Of a stretch of DNA of 64,000 nt, positions 1-9,416 are shown in pieces. The translations under genes were made by a program, and so were the position numbers. Every line of letters starts with the position of its first letter. Position 1 is the stretch's first letter. This DNA is from an uncultured Bacteroidota bacterium. Lineage in GTDB: Bacteria; Bacteroidota; Bacteroidia; Flavobacteriales; Flavobacteriaceae. A model generated the notes under the pieces. That model was not told the origin of the DNA, made no database searches, and saw only the letters and a list, made by a program, of their open reading frames with translations. The DNA lies in assembly GCA_902519075.1 (NCBI GenBank), contig CABYIO010000002.1, forward strand, positions 2,015 through 66,014, given 5' to 3'.

Positions 1-1
1 A

Positions 2-196
2 AAATTATTATTAATTCATATTAATGATTTGATGCCAAGAGAATTGGCATTAACAAGAATTTGGCACGATGACAATTATTTTACATCAAGAAGTATGGAT
101 GTATATATAGCTAAGCTTAGGAAACAGCTTAAAAGAGACCCAAATGTCAGTATTAATAATATACACGGAGAAGGATTTAGGTTAATTGTTGAGTAA
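2..196 (+). CDS. Response regulator, C-terminal OmpR/PhoB-type winged-helix DNA-binding domain (5' part outside the window)
   Basis: The frame is open from the window edge to TAA 194-196. The translation ...LTRIWHDDNYFTSRSMDVYIAKLRKQLKRDPNVSINNIHGEGFRLIVE resembles the tail of trans_reg_C domains. It is absent from the ORF track because it is truncated. Confidence 0.7.
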   Translation, partial: KLLLIHINDLMPRELALTRIWHDDNYFTSRSMDVYIAKLRKQLKRDPNVSINNIHGEGFRLIVE

Positions 197-1097
197 TGCG
201 TTTGGATTCTATTAATTTGATAATATTTGTAATTTCATATTGACTGTCAAACCAATTTATCGTTTTATTTGAATTAAAATAGGTCAATTGCCTTTTAGCA
301 TATCTTCTTGAATTTGTTTTTATTTTTTCACTAGACTGCTCCAAACTAATCTTATTATCCAGATAATCAAATATTTCTTTGTAGCCAATTGTATTTAATG
401 CATTTAAATTTTTAAATTTTACTAGTTTTTCAACTTCTTCAATAAGACCACATTGAATCATTTTGTCTACTCTTTTATTTATTAGTGAATGTAATTTATC
501 TCTATCACAATTTAATCCAATTATTATTTCATTATAATTTGATTCTTTAACGGAATCTGTTAAAAAGGATGAGTAGGGTTTTTTTGATGAAATACTCACC
601 TCAAGAGCTCTAATTATCCTTCTATGGTTATTTAAATCTATATTTTTATATGTAATTGGGTCAATTTTTTTAAGTTGAGCTAATAAGTTTTTTAATCCGT
701 TATTTTGAAACTCCATGTTTAATTCTTTTCTTAAAGACTCTTTAACATTTGGGATTTTATCAATTCCATATAAAATAGTATCAATATACAATCCTGATCC
801 ACCTACTAAAATTACATAATCCTTTGTTTTAAAAAGTTTGTCTATAATTTTTCTAGCATCAGATTCAAACTGTGAAATATCGTATTTATCGTTCACTGAA
901 ATGTTATTAATTAAATGATGTTTAATAGACAATAGCTCATCATTTGAGGGTTTTGCGGTTCCAATATTTAATTCTTTGTAAAACTGTCTTGAGTCTGCCG
1001 ATATAATTTCAGTCTTATAGTTTCTTGCTAATTTTATCGCTAGTGATGTTTTTCCTATTGCAGTTGGGCCAACGATTGTAATTAAAAATTTACTCAT
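177..1097 (-). CDS. miaA: tRNA dimethylallyltransferase
   Basis: 306 aa with P-loop IVGPTAIGKTSLAIKLA and the length and layout of MiaA. Its ATG overlaps the upstream gene stop (ATGA). Confidence 0.93.
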   Translation of the reverse strand: MSKFLITIVGPTAIGKTSLAIKLARNYKTEIISADSRQFYKELNIGTAKPSNDELLSIKHHLINNISVNDKYDISQFESDARKIIDKLFKTKDYVILVGGSGLYIDTILYGIDKIPNVKESLRKELNMEFQNNGLKNLLAQLKKIDPITYKNIDLNNHRRIIRALEVSISSKKPYSSFLTDSVKESNYNEIIIGLNCDRDKLHSLINKRVDKMIQCGLIEEVEKLVKFKNLNALNTIGYKEIFDYLDNKISLEQSSEKIKTNSRRYAKRQLTYFNSNKTINWFDSQYEITNIIKLIESKRITQQLT

Positions 1098-1630
1098 TCT
1101 GGTTTTTTGATATATTTATTTAATTCTTTTTGACTAATCTTTGATTTTAGCAAAATAAATAAATCAAGTGTAGCTTTTGCATCTCCGTCAGCACGATGTC
1201 TGTTTTTAATTTTTATTCCAAGATTTGATACTAACTTACCTAAGCTGTAAGATTTCATATCAGGGAAAACCTGCTTAGAAAGCTCAATTGTACAGAGTAA
1301 ATCTCTATTAAATTTCTTTCCTATGTTTGAAAATTCATTTCTTAGTACCCTAAAATCAAAGTTTACATTATGGGCAACAAAAACACTATTTTTTGTAAAA
1401 TCATAAATCTCGACAGCAATTTCTTCAAATACTGGTTTATCTTTTAGCATAACATTATTTAAACCGGTTAGTTTCTCAACGAATAATTGTATTTTTTTCT
1501 TAGGATTAATTAATTGATGATACACTGAAACATTTCCATCATTTTTAATCTTGAATATTGCAATTTCAGTTATTTTTTCTTGATTGAATTTGCCTCCAGT
1601 TGTTTCTATGTCTATTATCGAATATATAAT
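1094..1630 (-). CDS. DnaQ-like (DEDDh) 3'-5' exonuclease domain protein; start codon uncertain (non-canonical ATT/ATA proposed)
   Basis: Exo II VAHNVNFDFRVL and Exo III HRADGDAKAT lie in track ORF 1094-1525. Exo I DIETTG is encoded in the same frame at 1595-1612, upstream of the first GTG. Confidence 0.75.
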   Translation of the reverse strand: MIYSIIDIETTGGKFNQEKITEIAIFKIKNDGNVSVYHQLINPKKKIQLFVEKLTGLNNVMLKDKPVFEEIAVEIYDFTKNSVFVAHNVNFDFRVLRNEFSNIGKKFNRDLLCTIELSKQVFPDMKSYSLGKLVSNLGIKIKNRHRADGDAKATLDLFILLKSKISQKELNKYIKKPE

Positions 1631-1631
1631 A

Positions 1632-2291
1632 TCAGTAGTTTCTTTCCCCGAAAATTAAACTTCCTAACCTTATCATATTACTGCCGCATTCAATTGCAAT
1701 ATGATAGTCGTTACTCATTCCCATAGATAATATTTCAAGATTATTATCTATAGCACTAATTTCATCAAAAATATGTTTAGCATATATGAATTCATTTCGA
1801 ATAATATCTTTATTCTTGGTATTTGTGGCCATTGCCATTATACCTCTAATTTTTACATTTTTCATCTGATCATACTCATCTGAGAAAATAATTTTTTTTA
1901 TTGAATTAGCTTCTAATCCAAATTTTGAATCTTCTTCAGAAATTTTTAATTGTAACAAGCAATTTAAAATACGATTATTTTTTTGACCCTCTTTATTTAT
2001 TATTTTTATTGACTTGAACGAGTCTACCCCATGAATTAAATTCACGTATGGCGCCATATATTTTATTTTATTACTTTGAACGTGGCCAACCATATGCCAA
2101 ATAATATCTTTCGGTAATTCTTCGAATTTTATGGACATTTCTTGAATCTTATTTTCACCAAATGACCTATGCCCATTCATATAAGCCTTCATTATATCTT
2201 CATTTGGTTTTGTTTTTGAGATTGCAATTAGCTCAACATAATTAGGGATGTCTGATCGAATTTTATTGATATTTTTGTCAATCATTGGCAA
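1632..2291 (-). CDS. YggS-family pyridoxal-phosphate homeostasis protein
   Basis: 219 aa with AISKTKP, FGENKIQE, HMVGHVQSNK and SMGMSNDY...IRLGSLIFGER, typical of the YggS/PROSC family. Confidence 0.88.
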   Translation of the reverse strand: MPMIDKNINKIRSDIPNYVELIAISKTKPNEDIMKAYMNGHRSFGENKIQEMSIKFEELPKDIIWHMVGHVQSNKIKYMAPYVNLIHGVDSFKSIKIINKEGQKNNRILNCLLQLKISEEDSKFGLEANSIKKIIFSDEYDQMKNVKIRGIMAMATNTKNKDIIRNEFIYAKHIFDEISAIDNNLEILSMGMSNDYHIAIECGSNMIRLGSLIFGERNY

Positions 2292-3169
2292 AATCTTTTT
2301 GAAACAAATTCAGCTTTTCTTGAGTTTGTATAATCATAAAACCCTTCTCCAGACTTTATCCCAAGTTTTCCTTCATTTACAAGATCAACAAGTAATTTAT
2401 TTGGTCTATATTTTTCATTTTTTAGTCCATTAAGCATCACTTCTAAAATTGATTTACATACGTCTAATCCGATAAGATCTGCAAGTTGTAGTGGGCCCAT
2501 TGGATGTCCCATGCCTAACTTCATTATTCCGTCAATATTTTTAACATTAGCTACACCCTGATCTAATGCTTCAATTGCCTCATTAATCATAGGCATTAGT
2601 ATTCTATTTGAAATAAAGCCTGGATAGTCATTTACAGTTAATGGGATTTTATTTAGCTTTTTCGAAAGGTCTAAAATAATATTGGTTGTTTCTTTACTTG
2701 TGTGTGTTGAGTTTATTACCTCAACTAGCTTCATGATTGGAACAGGATTCATAAAATGCATTCCAATTACCTTGTCTTTTCTTTTGGTTGCATTTGCTAG
2801 TTTAGTAATTGATATTGAAGATGTATTAGATGCTATTATTGTTTTTTCAGGACATTTACCATCTAATTCCTTAAAAATAGATTCTTTAATTTCAATATTT
2901 TCGGAGACAGCTTCGATAACCAAGTCAGAATTTACAACAGAATTAATATCATTTGTATATGTGATATTTTCAGAAGTTTTTTCTAATTCTGAATGGGTGA
3001 TAACTTCTTTATTTACCATTCTCTCTAAGTTCCTTAGGATGGTTTTTTTTGCATTATCTAAATTATTTAAGCTTATATCATATAATTTAACTTTGAATTC
3101 GAATAATGCAAACGTTTGAGCAATACCATTGCCCATTGTTCCACAACCAATAACAGAAATTTGTTTCAT
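2282..3169 (-). CDS. 3-hydroxybutyryl/3-hydroxyacyl-CoA dehydrogenase
   Basis: 295 aa with Rossmann motif ISVIGCGTMGNGIAQ, plus GFISNRILMPMINEA and MGPLQLADLIGLD from the 3HCDH N- and C-domains. Confidence 0.9.
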   Translation of the reverse strand: MKQISVIGCGTMGNGIAQTFALFEFKVKLYDISLNNLDNAKKTILRNLERMVNKEVITHSELEKTSENITYTNDINSVVNSDLVIEAVSENIEIKESIFKELDGKCPEKTIIASNTSSISITKLANATKRKDKVIGMHFMNPVPIMKLVEVINSTHTSKETTNIILDLSKKLNKIPLTVNDYPGFISNRILMPMINEAIEALDQGVANVKNIDGIMKLGMGHPMGPLQLADLIGLDVCKSILEVMLNGLKNEKYRPNKLLVDLVNEGKLGIKSGEGFYDYTNSRKAEFVSKRFCQ

Positions 3170-3170
3170 T

Positions 3171-4127
3171 TTATTTAAAGTTTTTAATTATTTTGATCGC
3201 AACATCTAAAGCATTGTGACCGTCATATATATTAACCTTGGGTCTTTTATTATTTTTTATTGAAAATGCAAAGCTGTTCAATTCCTCAAGTATGGCATTA
3301 TTTTCAGAAATATCAGGTTTACTAAAATAAATTTTCTTTTTATTTCCGTCTGAGGTTTCTAAAGTCATAATCGGTATTTCAGATTTTTTTTCGTCAATTT
3401 CTACTATTTCCGACTCACGGTTTAAAAAATCAATTGAGATGTATTTACCAGACTGAAAAAACCTCGTTTTTCTCATATTTTTAAGAGAAACCCTGCTGGC
3501 GGTAAGGTTAGCTACACATCCATTTTCAAACTCAATTCTTGCATTAGCAATATCAGGTGTATCACTAATAACTGAAACTCCGCTAGAGGAAATCTGCTTA
3601 ATCGGGGAATCAACCGAACTTAAAATAATATCAATATCATGAATCATCAGATCAAGAACTACAGAAACATCAGTTCCTCTTGGATTGAACTGAGCTAATC
3701 GATGAGATTCAATAAACATGGGTTTACTAATATTATTTTCAACAGCTGTAAATGCTGGGTTAAATCTTTCTACGTGACCAACCTGAATTTTCACGTTATT
3801 TAATTTTGATTTCTCTACTAACTTTAAAGATTCTTCTGTATTGGAGCAAACAGGTTTTTCTATGAAAACATTAACTCCGTTTTCAATTGCTTTTAATGCA
3901 TAGCTAAAATGAGAAGATGTGGGTGTCACAATATCAAGGACGTCAATCTCATCTATCATTTCTTCAAAACTACCATATGATTTACATCCAAACTCACTGG
4001 CAGTTTTTTTAGAAATGTTAACATCGTTATCATAAACTCCTAATAAATCAAAATTATCTGATTGATTTAATAGTCTAATATGAATTTTACCTAAATGACC
4101 ACATCCTACAACACCTGCTTTAAACAT
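3171..4127 (-). CDS. Gfo/Idh/MocA-family oxidoreductase
   Basis: 318 aa with N-terminal Rossmann KAGVVGCGHLGKIH and the EKP motif (FIEKPV). Confidence 0.85.
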   Translation of the reverse strand: MFKAGVVGCGHLGKIHIRLLNQSDNFDLLGVYDNDVNISKKTASEFGCKSYGSFEEMIDEIDVLDIVTPTSSHFSYALKAIENGVNVFIEKPVCSNTEESLKLVEKSKLNNVKIQVGHVERFNPAFTAVENNISKPMFIESHRLAQFNPRGTDVSVVLDLMIHDIDIILSSVDSPIKQISSSGVSVISDTPDIANARIEFENGCVANLTASRVSLKNMRKTRFFQSGKYISIDFLNRESEIVEIDEKKSEIPIMTLETSDGNKKKIYFSKPDISENNAILEELNSFAFSIKNNKRPKVNIYDGHNALDVAIKIIKNFK

Positions 4128-4138
4128 ATTTTTTTTTA

Positions 4139-4146
4139 CAAATTTA
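4139..4146 (-). promoter_or_regulatory. Candidate Bacteroidota -7 promoter element TAAATTTG (TAnnTTTG)
   Basis: The minus-strand motif lies 11 nt upstream of ATG 4127. This spacing is shorter than the other hits. Confidence 0.3.
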
Positions 4147-4189
4147 ATATTTTGAGGCCAATATGTTTTAAATTTAAATCTAAATAATT

Positions 4190-4834
4190 TTGGTTATTGA
4201 TTCATTTAAACATAAAGGGTTAAGGAATAAGCTTGTTGCTGAATTAATTAATAAAGGAATTAAAGATTCTTTGGTTTTGGATGCTATTTCTAAGGTGCCA
4301 AGACATATGTTTATGGACTCAGGTTTTATTGATCATGCTTATCAAGACAAGGCTTTTCCAATTTCTTCCGGTCAAACCATATCTCAACCTTACACAGTAG
4401 CTTTCCAAAGTCAATTATTACAGATAGAAAAAGGAGATAAAATTCTTGAAATAGGAACAGGAAGCGGATACCAAGCTGCTGTATTATGTGAGATGGGTAT
4501 GAAGCTGTATACTATTGAAAGAATTAAAGAGCTTTACAGAAAAACATCTATGTTTTTACCTTCTATTAACTATTACCCAAAAAAAATGATTTATGGTGAC
4601 GGATTTAAGGGCTACTTGGATGAAGCACCATATGATGGTATAATTGTAACCGCTGGAGCTTCTGAAGTTCCCAAAAAGTTGCTATCACAATTAAAGACAA
4701 ATGGAAAAATGGTTATACCAATAGGTGACGGGGTTCAGAAAATGTTACTTTACACAAAAATATCAGATGATGATTATGACGTCAAAGATTTTGGAGATTT
4801 TCAATTTGTGCCCATGTTAAAAGACAAAATTTAA
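4190..4834 (+). CDS. pcm: Protein-L-isoaspartate O-methyltransferase
   Basis: 214 aa with TISQPYTVA and the SAM-binding motif ILEIGTGSGYQAAVL. TTG start. Confidence 0.9.
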   Translation: MVIDSFKHKGLRNKLVAELINKGIKDSLVLDAISKVPRHMFMDSGFIDHAYQDKAFPISSGQTISQPYTVAFQSQLLQIEKGDKILEIGTGSGYQAAVLCEMGMKLYTIERIKELYRKTSMFLPSINYYPKKMIYGDGFKGYLDEAPYDGIIVTAGASEVPKKLLSQLKTNGKMVIPIGDGVQKMLLYTKISDDDYDVKDFGDFQFVPMLKDKI

Positions 4835-4837
4835 CTT

Positions 4838-5287
4838 TTATTTTTTGTTTAATCTATCGAGATTTTTTTTGTTGTCCTTGTCTTTTAATGCACTTCTTTT
4901 ATCATACAATTTTTTACCTGTGGCAGTAAAGATTTCCAGTTTTGCTAAACCTTTTTCACTAATAAATAACTTGTAGGGGATAATTGATGAACCTTTTTGT
5001 TCAACAGATTTTTTAAGTTTTCTTAATTCAATTTTGTTTAGAAGTAGTTTTCGTGGTCTTTTTTGGTTAAAGCTATCATCATTTGAAAAATCATATCTTT
5101 CAATATTCATATTGATAATAAAAAGTTCATTATTTGTGAATTTGCAAAAACTTTCTCTAATTGATACTTTACTATTTCTAATTGATTTTATCTCAGATCC
5201 AGTTAACACAATACCAGAAAGATATGAATCATGTAAAATGAATTCAAATTTTGCTTTCTTATTAATTATTTTAACTGATTTTTTCAT
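4838..5287 (-). CDS. smpB: SsrA-binding protein
   Basis: 149 aa with KFEFILHDSYLSGIVLTGSEIKSIR and a basic C-terminal tail, matching SmpB size and layout. Confidence 0.93.
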   Translation of the reverse strand: MKKSVKIINKKAKFEFILHDSYLSGIVLTGSEIKSIRNSKVSIRESFCKFTNNELFIINMNIERYDFSNDDSFNQKRPRKLLLNKIELRKLKKSVEQKGSSIIPYKLFISEKGLAKLEIFTATGKKLYDKRSALKDKDNKKNLDRLNKK

Positions 5288-5296
5288 AACAGTTCA

Positions 5297-6457
5297 TTAT
5301 TTGAAAGATTTATAAATAATATTTTTCATCTTTCTCTTAATGTTTTCAGAATTATTTAAAATTAAAACTTCGTCTGGGGGAAACGGCATAAATCTTTTTT
5401 TTGACAACTTAATTTCATCATTTGTTAATACTCTTTTATCACCATCATACTCAAGAAATCTATTTCTAAACCAAAATTCACTTTCCAAAGGAAATTTATC
5501 AATAATATTTTTTTTCTTATCTAAAAATCTAATTTCAGCAAGAACCCTAGCAGATTTTGACTGTATTGATTCAATAGTTTTAACAGAAATTTTAATTAAT
5601 TTATCTATTTTAATATCATTACCCAAACTATCTTTCATAACATTGCCTTCTGCATCTAATTGGTAAGTTAAACCATCAACTATATTTTTTTCTCTCGAAC
5701 CTTCCCTTTGTACCAACCTTTCTGGAGAAATAATAAACGATTTAAAGGCTAAATCAATGTAAAAGTCATATTTAACCTCAAATGAATCATTTTTAGTGAA
5801 AAATGATATCCAAGTAGAATTCAAGTCGTAACCTTTAATATTTAAAATATCATTTTCTAAATCTTCAAAAAGCACAGATTTTGATTCGTTAAGTACAGTC
5901 AAAAGTATATTGTCTTTTCCTTCTACCGAGCATAATTCAGTTAGAGATCTTGTCTGTAAATAGTTAGGATTAATAGTTTCGATTATTGTTAAATAATTGT
6001 GTGCTTTTCGATAATCAAATTTATTATCATTTGAAATTAAAGAATTTGATATTTCGAGAAAATAATCTGATGTTTTGTATCGAAAATTTATTAATTCTGA
6101 ATCGTAATTTTCAAAATTTAAATTTAATCTTTCGCTGGAGATATTTTTTAACTTATTCTGTCTTATAATTAGCTTTTCATATTCAAAGTATATGTCATCA
6201 AAAAATTCAGGATTGCCATCCTTTTTAAATCTTGATATTTTATCTTTAGAATTTATAACAGATCTATCATATATATCAGTTAAAATTAATTCATACTGAT
6301 TTTTTTTCTTCTTATTTTTTGTCTTTTTTAACTCAGAAATCGTCTTATCTATTGCCTTGTCAAATTCACCAGAAACAACATTGTTATTTATTTTTTTTAT
6401 GGGACTGCATCCAAAACTTATCAATAGTATTGACGATATTAAAATTCTCTTAATCAT
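5297..6457 (-). CDS. Hypothetical lipoprotein
   Basis: 386 aa with a signal peptide and lipobox (ILLISFGC). No catalytic motif recognised. Confidence 0.6.
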   Translation of the reverse strand: MIKRILISSILLISFGCSPIKKINNNVVSGEFDKAIDKTISELKKTKNKKKKNQYELILTDIYDRSVINSKDKISRFKKDGNPEFFDDIYFEYEKLIIRQNKLKNISSERLNLNFENYDSELINFRYKTSDYFLEISNSLISNDNKFDYRKAHNYLTIIETINPNYLQTRSLTELCSVEGKDNILLTVLNESKSVLFEDLENDILNIKGYDLNSTWISFFTKNDSFEVKYDFYIDLAFKSFIISPERLVQREGSREKNIVDGLTYQLDAEGNVMKDSLGNDIKIDKLIKISVKTIESIQSKSARVLAEIRFLDKKKNIIDKFPLESEFWFRNRFLEYDGDKRVLTNDEIKLSKKRFMPFPPDEVLILNNSENIKRKMKNIIYKSFK

Positions 6458-6528
6458 AGCTGTTAATTAGTTATTAATAAGTAATATATTAATCTAGTTA
6501 ATTCTGATAATTTTTTTTTCCAATTGTT

Positions 6529-6536
6529 TAATTTTG
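6529..6536 (+). promoter_or_regulatory. Candidate -7 promoter element TAATTTTG
   Basis: Perfect TAnnTTTG 23 nt upstream of the glyA ATG at 6560. The track's TTG start (6524) sits just upstream of the motif, so it is unlikely to be the real start. Confidence 0.45.
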
Positions 6537-6559
6537 TTTTACCAAAATATACTACAAAT

Positions 6560-7834
6560 ATGCAAAAAGATAAGGAGATATTTGATTTAATTGATGCTGA
6601 AAAGAATCGTCAAATTGACGGAATAGAGCTTATTGCTTCTGAAAATTTCACAAGTGATCAGGTAATGACCGCTACTGGATCGATTCTAACAAATAAATAT
6701 GCAGAAGGATATCCAGGTAAAAGATACTATGGTGGTTGTCAAATTGTTGATGAAATTGAAACTCTAGCTATTGCAAGGGCTAAAGAACTATTTGGTGCTT
6801 GTTGGGCAAACGTTCAGCCACATTCTGGGAGCCAGGCTAATTCTGCAGTATTTTTTGCATGTCTAAAACCAGGTGACACTATTTTAGGTTTTGATTTAGC
6901 ACATGGCGGTCACTTGACTCACGGTTCGAGTGTAAATTTTTCAGGAAAATTGTATAATCCAGTTTTTTATGGTGTAGATAAAGAAACAGGTATGCTTGAT
7001 TATGATGAAATTGAAAAGATAGCAAGAAAAGAACAACCTAAGATGATTATTGCCGGTGCTTCTGCATACTCTAGAGATATTGATTTTAAAAGATTCAGAG
7101 AGATTGCAGATTCTGTTAATGCTCTAATACTTGCCGATATATCTCATCCATCAGGATTAATAGCAAAAGGAATTTTAAATGATCCAATACCTCATTGTCA
7201 TATTGTAACCACAACAACACACAAGACCCTAAGAGGTCCAAGAGGTGGGTTGATTTTAATGGGGGAAGATTTTGATAATCCTTTTGATATCAGGCTTAGA
7301 AATGGTTCACTTAAAAAAATGTCTTCGCTATTAGATTCTGCAATATTTCCAGGAAACCAAGGCGGTCCCCTTGAGCATGTTATTGCTGCAAAAGCAGTTG
7401 CTTTTGGTGAAGCGCTTTCAGAAGATTTTCTTTTTTATATTCTTCAAGTAAAGAAAAATGCTCAAGTTATGGCTGATGAGTTTGTAAAAAGAGATTATAA
7501 AATTATATCTGGTGGAACGGATAACCATATGATGCTTATTGATTTAAGAAATAAAAATATCACTGGGAAAGATGCTGAGTCCGTATTAGGTAAAGCTGAG
7601 ATAACAGTAAATAAAAATATGGTTCCATTTGATGATAAATCTCCTTTTGTTACTTCAGGTATTAGAATTGGAACCGCAGCAGTTACCACAAGAGGTTTGA
7701 AAGAAGGTGATATGATTAAAATCGTTGATTTTATTGATAAAGCAATAACTAACAGTGACGATGATCAGTACTTAAGACAAATTGCCACAGATGTTAAGGG
7801 TTTTATGAGTCACAGGCCTTTGTTTGAAAACTAG
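6560..7834 (+). CDS. glyA: Serine hydroxymethyltransferase
   Basis: Contains [16 protein letters not shown] and [14 protein letters not shown] (PLP lysine). I moved the start to the ATG giving [11 protein letters not shown]. Confidence 0.96.
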   Translation: MQKDKEIFDLIDAEKNRQIDGIELIASENFTSDQVMTATGSILTNKYAEGYPGKRYYGGCQIVDEIETLAIARAKELFGACWANVQPHSGSQANSAVFFACLKPGDTILGFDLAHGGHLTHGSSVNFSGKLYNPVFYGVDKETGMLDYDEIEKIARKEQPKMIIAGASAYSRDIDFKRFREIADSVNALILADISHPSGLIAKGILNDPIPHCHIVTTTTHKTLRGPRGGLILMGEDFDNPFDIRLRNGSLKKMSSLLDSAIFPGNQGGPLEHVIAAKAVAFGEALSEDFLFYILQVKKNAQVMADEFVKRDYKIISGGTDNHMMLIDLRNKNITGKDAESVLGKAEITVNKNMVPFDDKSPFVTSGIRIGTAAVTTRGLKEGDMIKIVDFIDKAITNSDDDQYLRQIATDVKGFMSHRPLFEN

Positions 7835-9414
7835 TCTTCGATAATTACGTGTTGATAAGCCCCTAAATCACTGTTTGCGGTCCTGTTAATGTTCAATATA
7901 TCGTAAGGTGTTTGAATTGCATATTCTAATGAACCAAGCCCTATTACTTCTGAATTTTGATCTATTCTTAAATCATTTTGAACAGGATTAATAAATCCAG
8001 GAAGTAAATTATCAAAAAGGTTTTCATAGTATTGATCATTTGAAAAATCATATTTAGGATCATTTTCAAAAAAATTATTTACATCGTCAAATTTTATAAG
8101 TGTATTGATAAGTTTGAAATCAAGATCTACATCACTTAAATTTTCAACCAGAAACTCAATATTTTGATTCCCATAGATTATCGAATTTGAAACATCAACA
8201 TCAAACAATTCATTAACGTATTCATTGTTATCTGAGTCAATAAAAAAATTACTAAATAGAATTGAAGGGAATTGTCTAATGCCAGAATTCCAAAAATTCG
8301 ATATGGTGCAATGATTTAATTTATATCTTCCACCATAAGTACCAGCAAAAGAAGATTGTCCAGATTTATTGATTACTAAGTTCTCTGCTTCAATAGATGA
8401 TGATAAAGAAAGAATTCCAAAATTACTACTATTATAAATTTGAACATTATATAAATCAAGCTTAAAGCTATCGTAATTTGCTCCACCAGTAGTATAAATC
8501 CCAACTGAAGCATTTTTAATAGTGCAAAAACTAAATTCATTATCAATACTACCATCTAATAACCAAATTGTCCCCCATTGTCCGGGAATATTTTCAAAAA
8601 AAGGTTCTAGTCTGTCTCCTTCAAAAATAATTTCATTTTCTAAGCCTTGATTTTGACTAAATTCTCCATTTGCTTTAATACTACCACCGCTGGCAATAAT
8701 TAAACCTGAATTATCGTGAAAATGAATTCTTGATCCTTTTTCGATGATTAATTCCTGTCCATTACCAACAGCAGCATATCCATAAACAACATATGGTTTT
8801 TCATTAGTGAATATCAGCTCGTTTTCATCCAAATATCTACCTCTAATTTCAGTTTGTTCATTTATTCCGTCCCCGTCAAAATCAATTTCTAGTGTTTCAT
8901 AAATATATTGTTCTTCATTTTCGTATCTACCAGGATATATAAATATTGCATCCTTAACTAAAGAAATTAGGTTTACGTCTTGCGCACCATTTAAATTTAA
9001 AAATTCAATTTTATCTTCATATAAGAAAGAGTTTTGATCCGAACTAATTTCATTGATATTAATTGTTGTTTCTATAAATATATATAGGCTATCATTAGCC
9101 AAAAGTTCAATGTTTTCAAATCTTTTCCCTTCATCATCATTTTGATTATAAATACCATCAACGTTAAGTCTAAAAAAGGAATCATTTCCATTTGATAGTT
9201 TAATCTCAGGTATTAATATATTTTTATTTGAATTATTGTAAACCTTAAGGTTGTAAGTGCTGGAACCTATATTGGTAAAAATAGTATCCAAATATACTGT
9301 ATCTTTTGAAAATAATAGGGGGGTATCGTTAATTTGAAATTCGATATCATTGTTACATGAATTCCAGAAAAATAAAATAAAAACAACCGATAATAACTTT
9401 ATTAAATTATTCAT
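7831..9414 (-). CDS. Hypothetical lipoprotein, possibly with parallel beta-helix repeats
   Basis: 527 aa with lipobox FWNSC. The C-terminal half has repeated G/N/S-rich segments ([52 protein letters not shown]) reminiscent of PbH1 repeats. The domain call is tentative. Confidence 0.5.
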   Translation of the reverse strand: MNNLIKLLSVVFILFFWNSCNNDIEFQINDTPLLFSKDTVYLDTIFTNIGSSTYNLKVYNNSNKNILIPEIKLSNGNDSFFRLNVDGIYNQNDDEGKRFENIELLANDSLYIFIETTININEISSDQNSFLYEDKIEFLNLNGAQDVNLISLVKDAIFIYPGRYENEEQYIYETLEIDFDGDGINEQTEIRGRYLDENELIFTNEKPYVVYGYAAVGNGQELIIEKGSRIHFHDNSGLIIASGGSIKANGEFSQNQGLENEIIFEGDRLEPFFENIPGQWGTIWLLDGSIDNEFSFCTIKNASVGIYTTGGANYDSFKLDLYNVQIYNSSNFGILSLSSSIEAENLVINKSGQSSFAGTYGGRYKLNHCTISNFWNSGIRQFPSILFSNFFIDSDNNEYVNELFDVDVSNSIIYGNQNIEFLVENLSDVDLDFKLINTLIKFDDVNNFFENDPKYDFSNDQYYENLFDNLLPGFINPVQNDLRIDQNSEVIGLGSLEYAIQTPYDILNINRTANSDLGAYQHVIIED

Positions 9415-9416
9415 GA

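Noticed and set aside
2682-3119. 145-aa ORF antisense to the 3-hydroxyacyl-CoA dehydrogenase gene. Similar antisense ORFs occur at 5340-5666, 10225-10539, 12628-12942, 31674-32048, 32307-32654, 35377-35703, 58444-58749 and elsewhere.
   Set aside because: All lie fully inside well-supported genes on the opposite strand. Their translations are low-complexity S/F/I/L-rich strings without motifs. This is typical of the stop-poor antisense frame of AT-rich coding DNA.
6524-6559. Upstream-extended starts in the ORF track (6524, 21755, 23266, 31972, 39024, 40097, 41611).
   Set aside because: Each extension adds residues before a typical N-terminus or signal peptide. Several use a TTG inside or next to a TAnnTTTG promoter motif, or create large overlaps with neighbours. 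Downstream ATG starts fit better.
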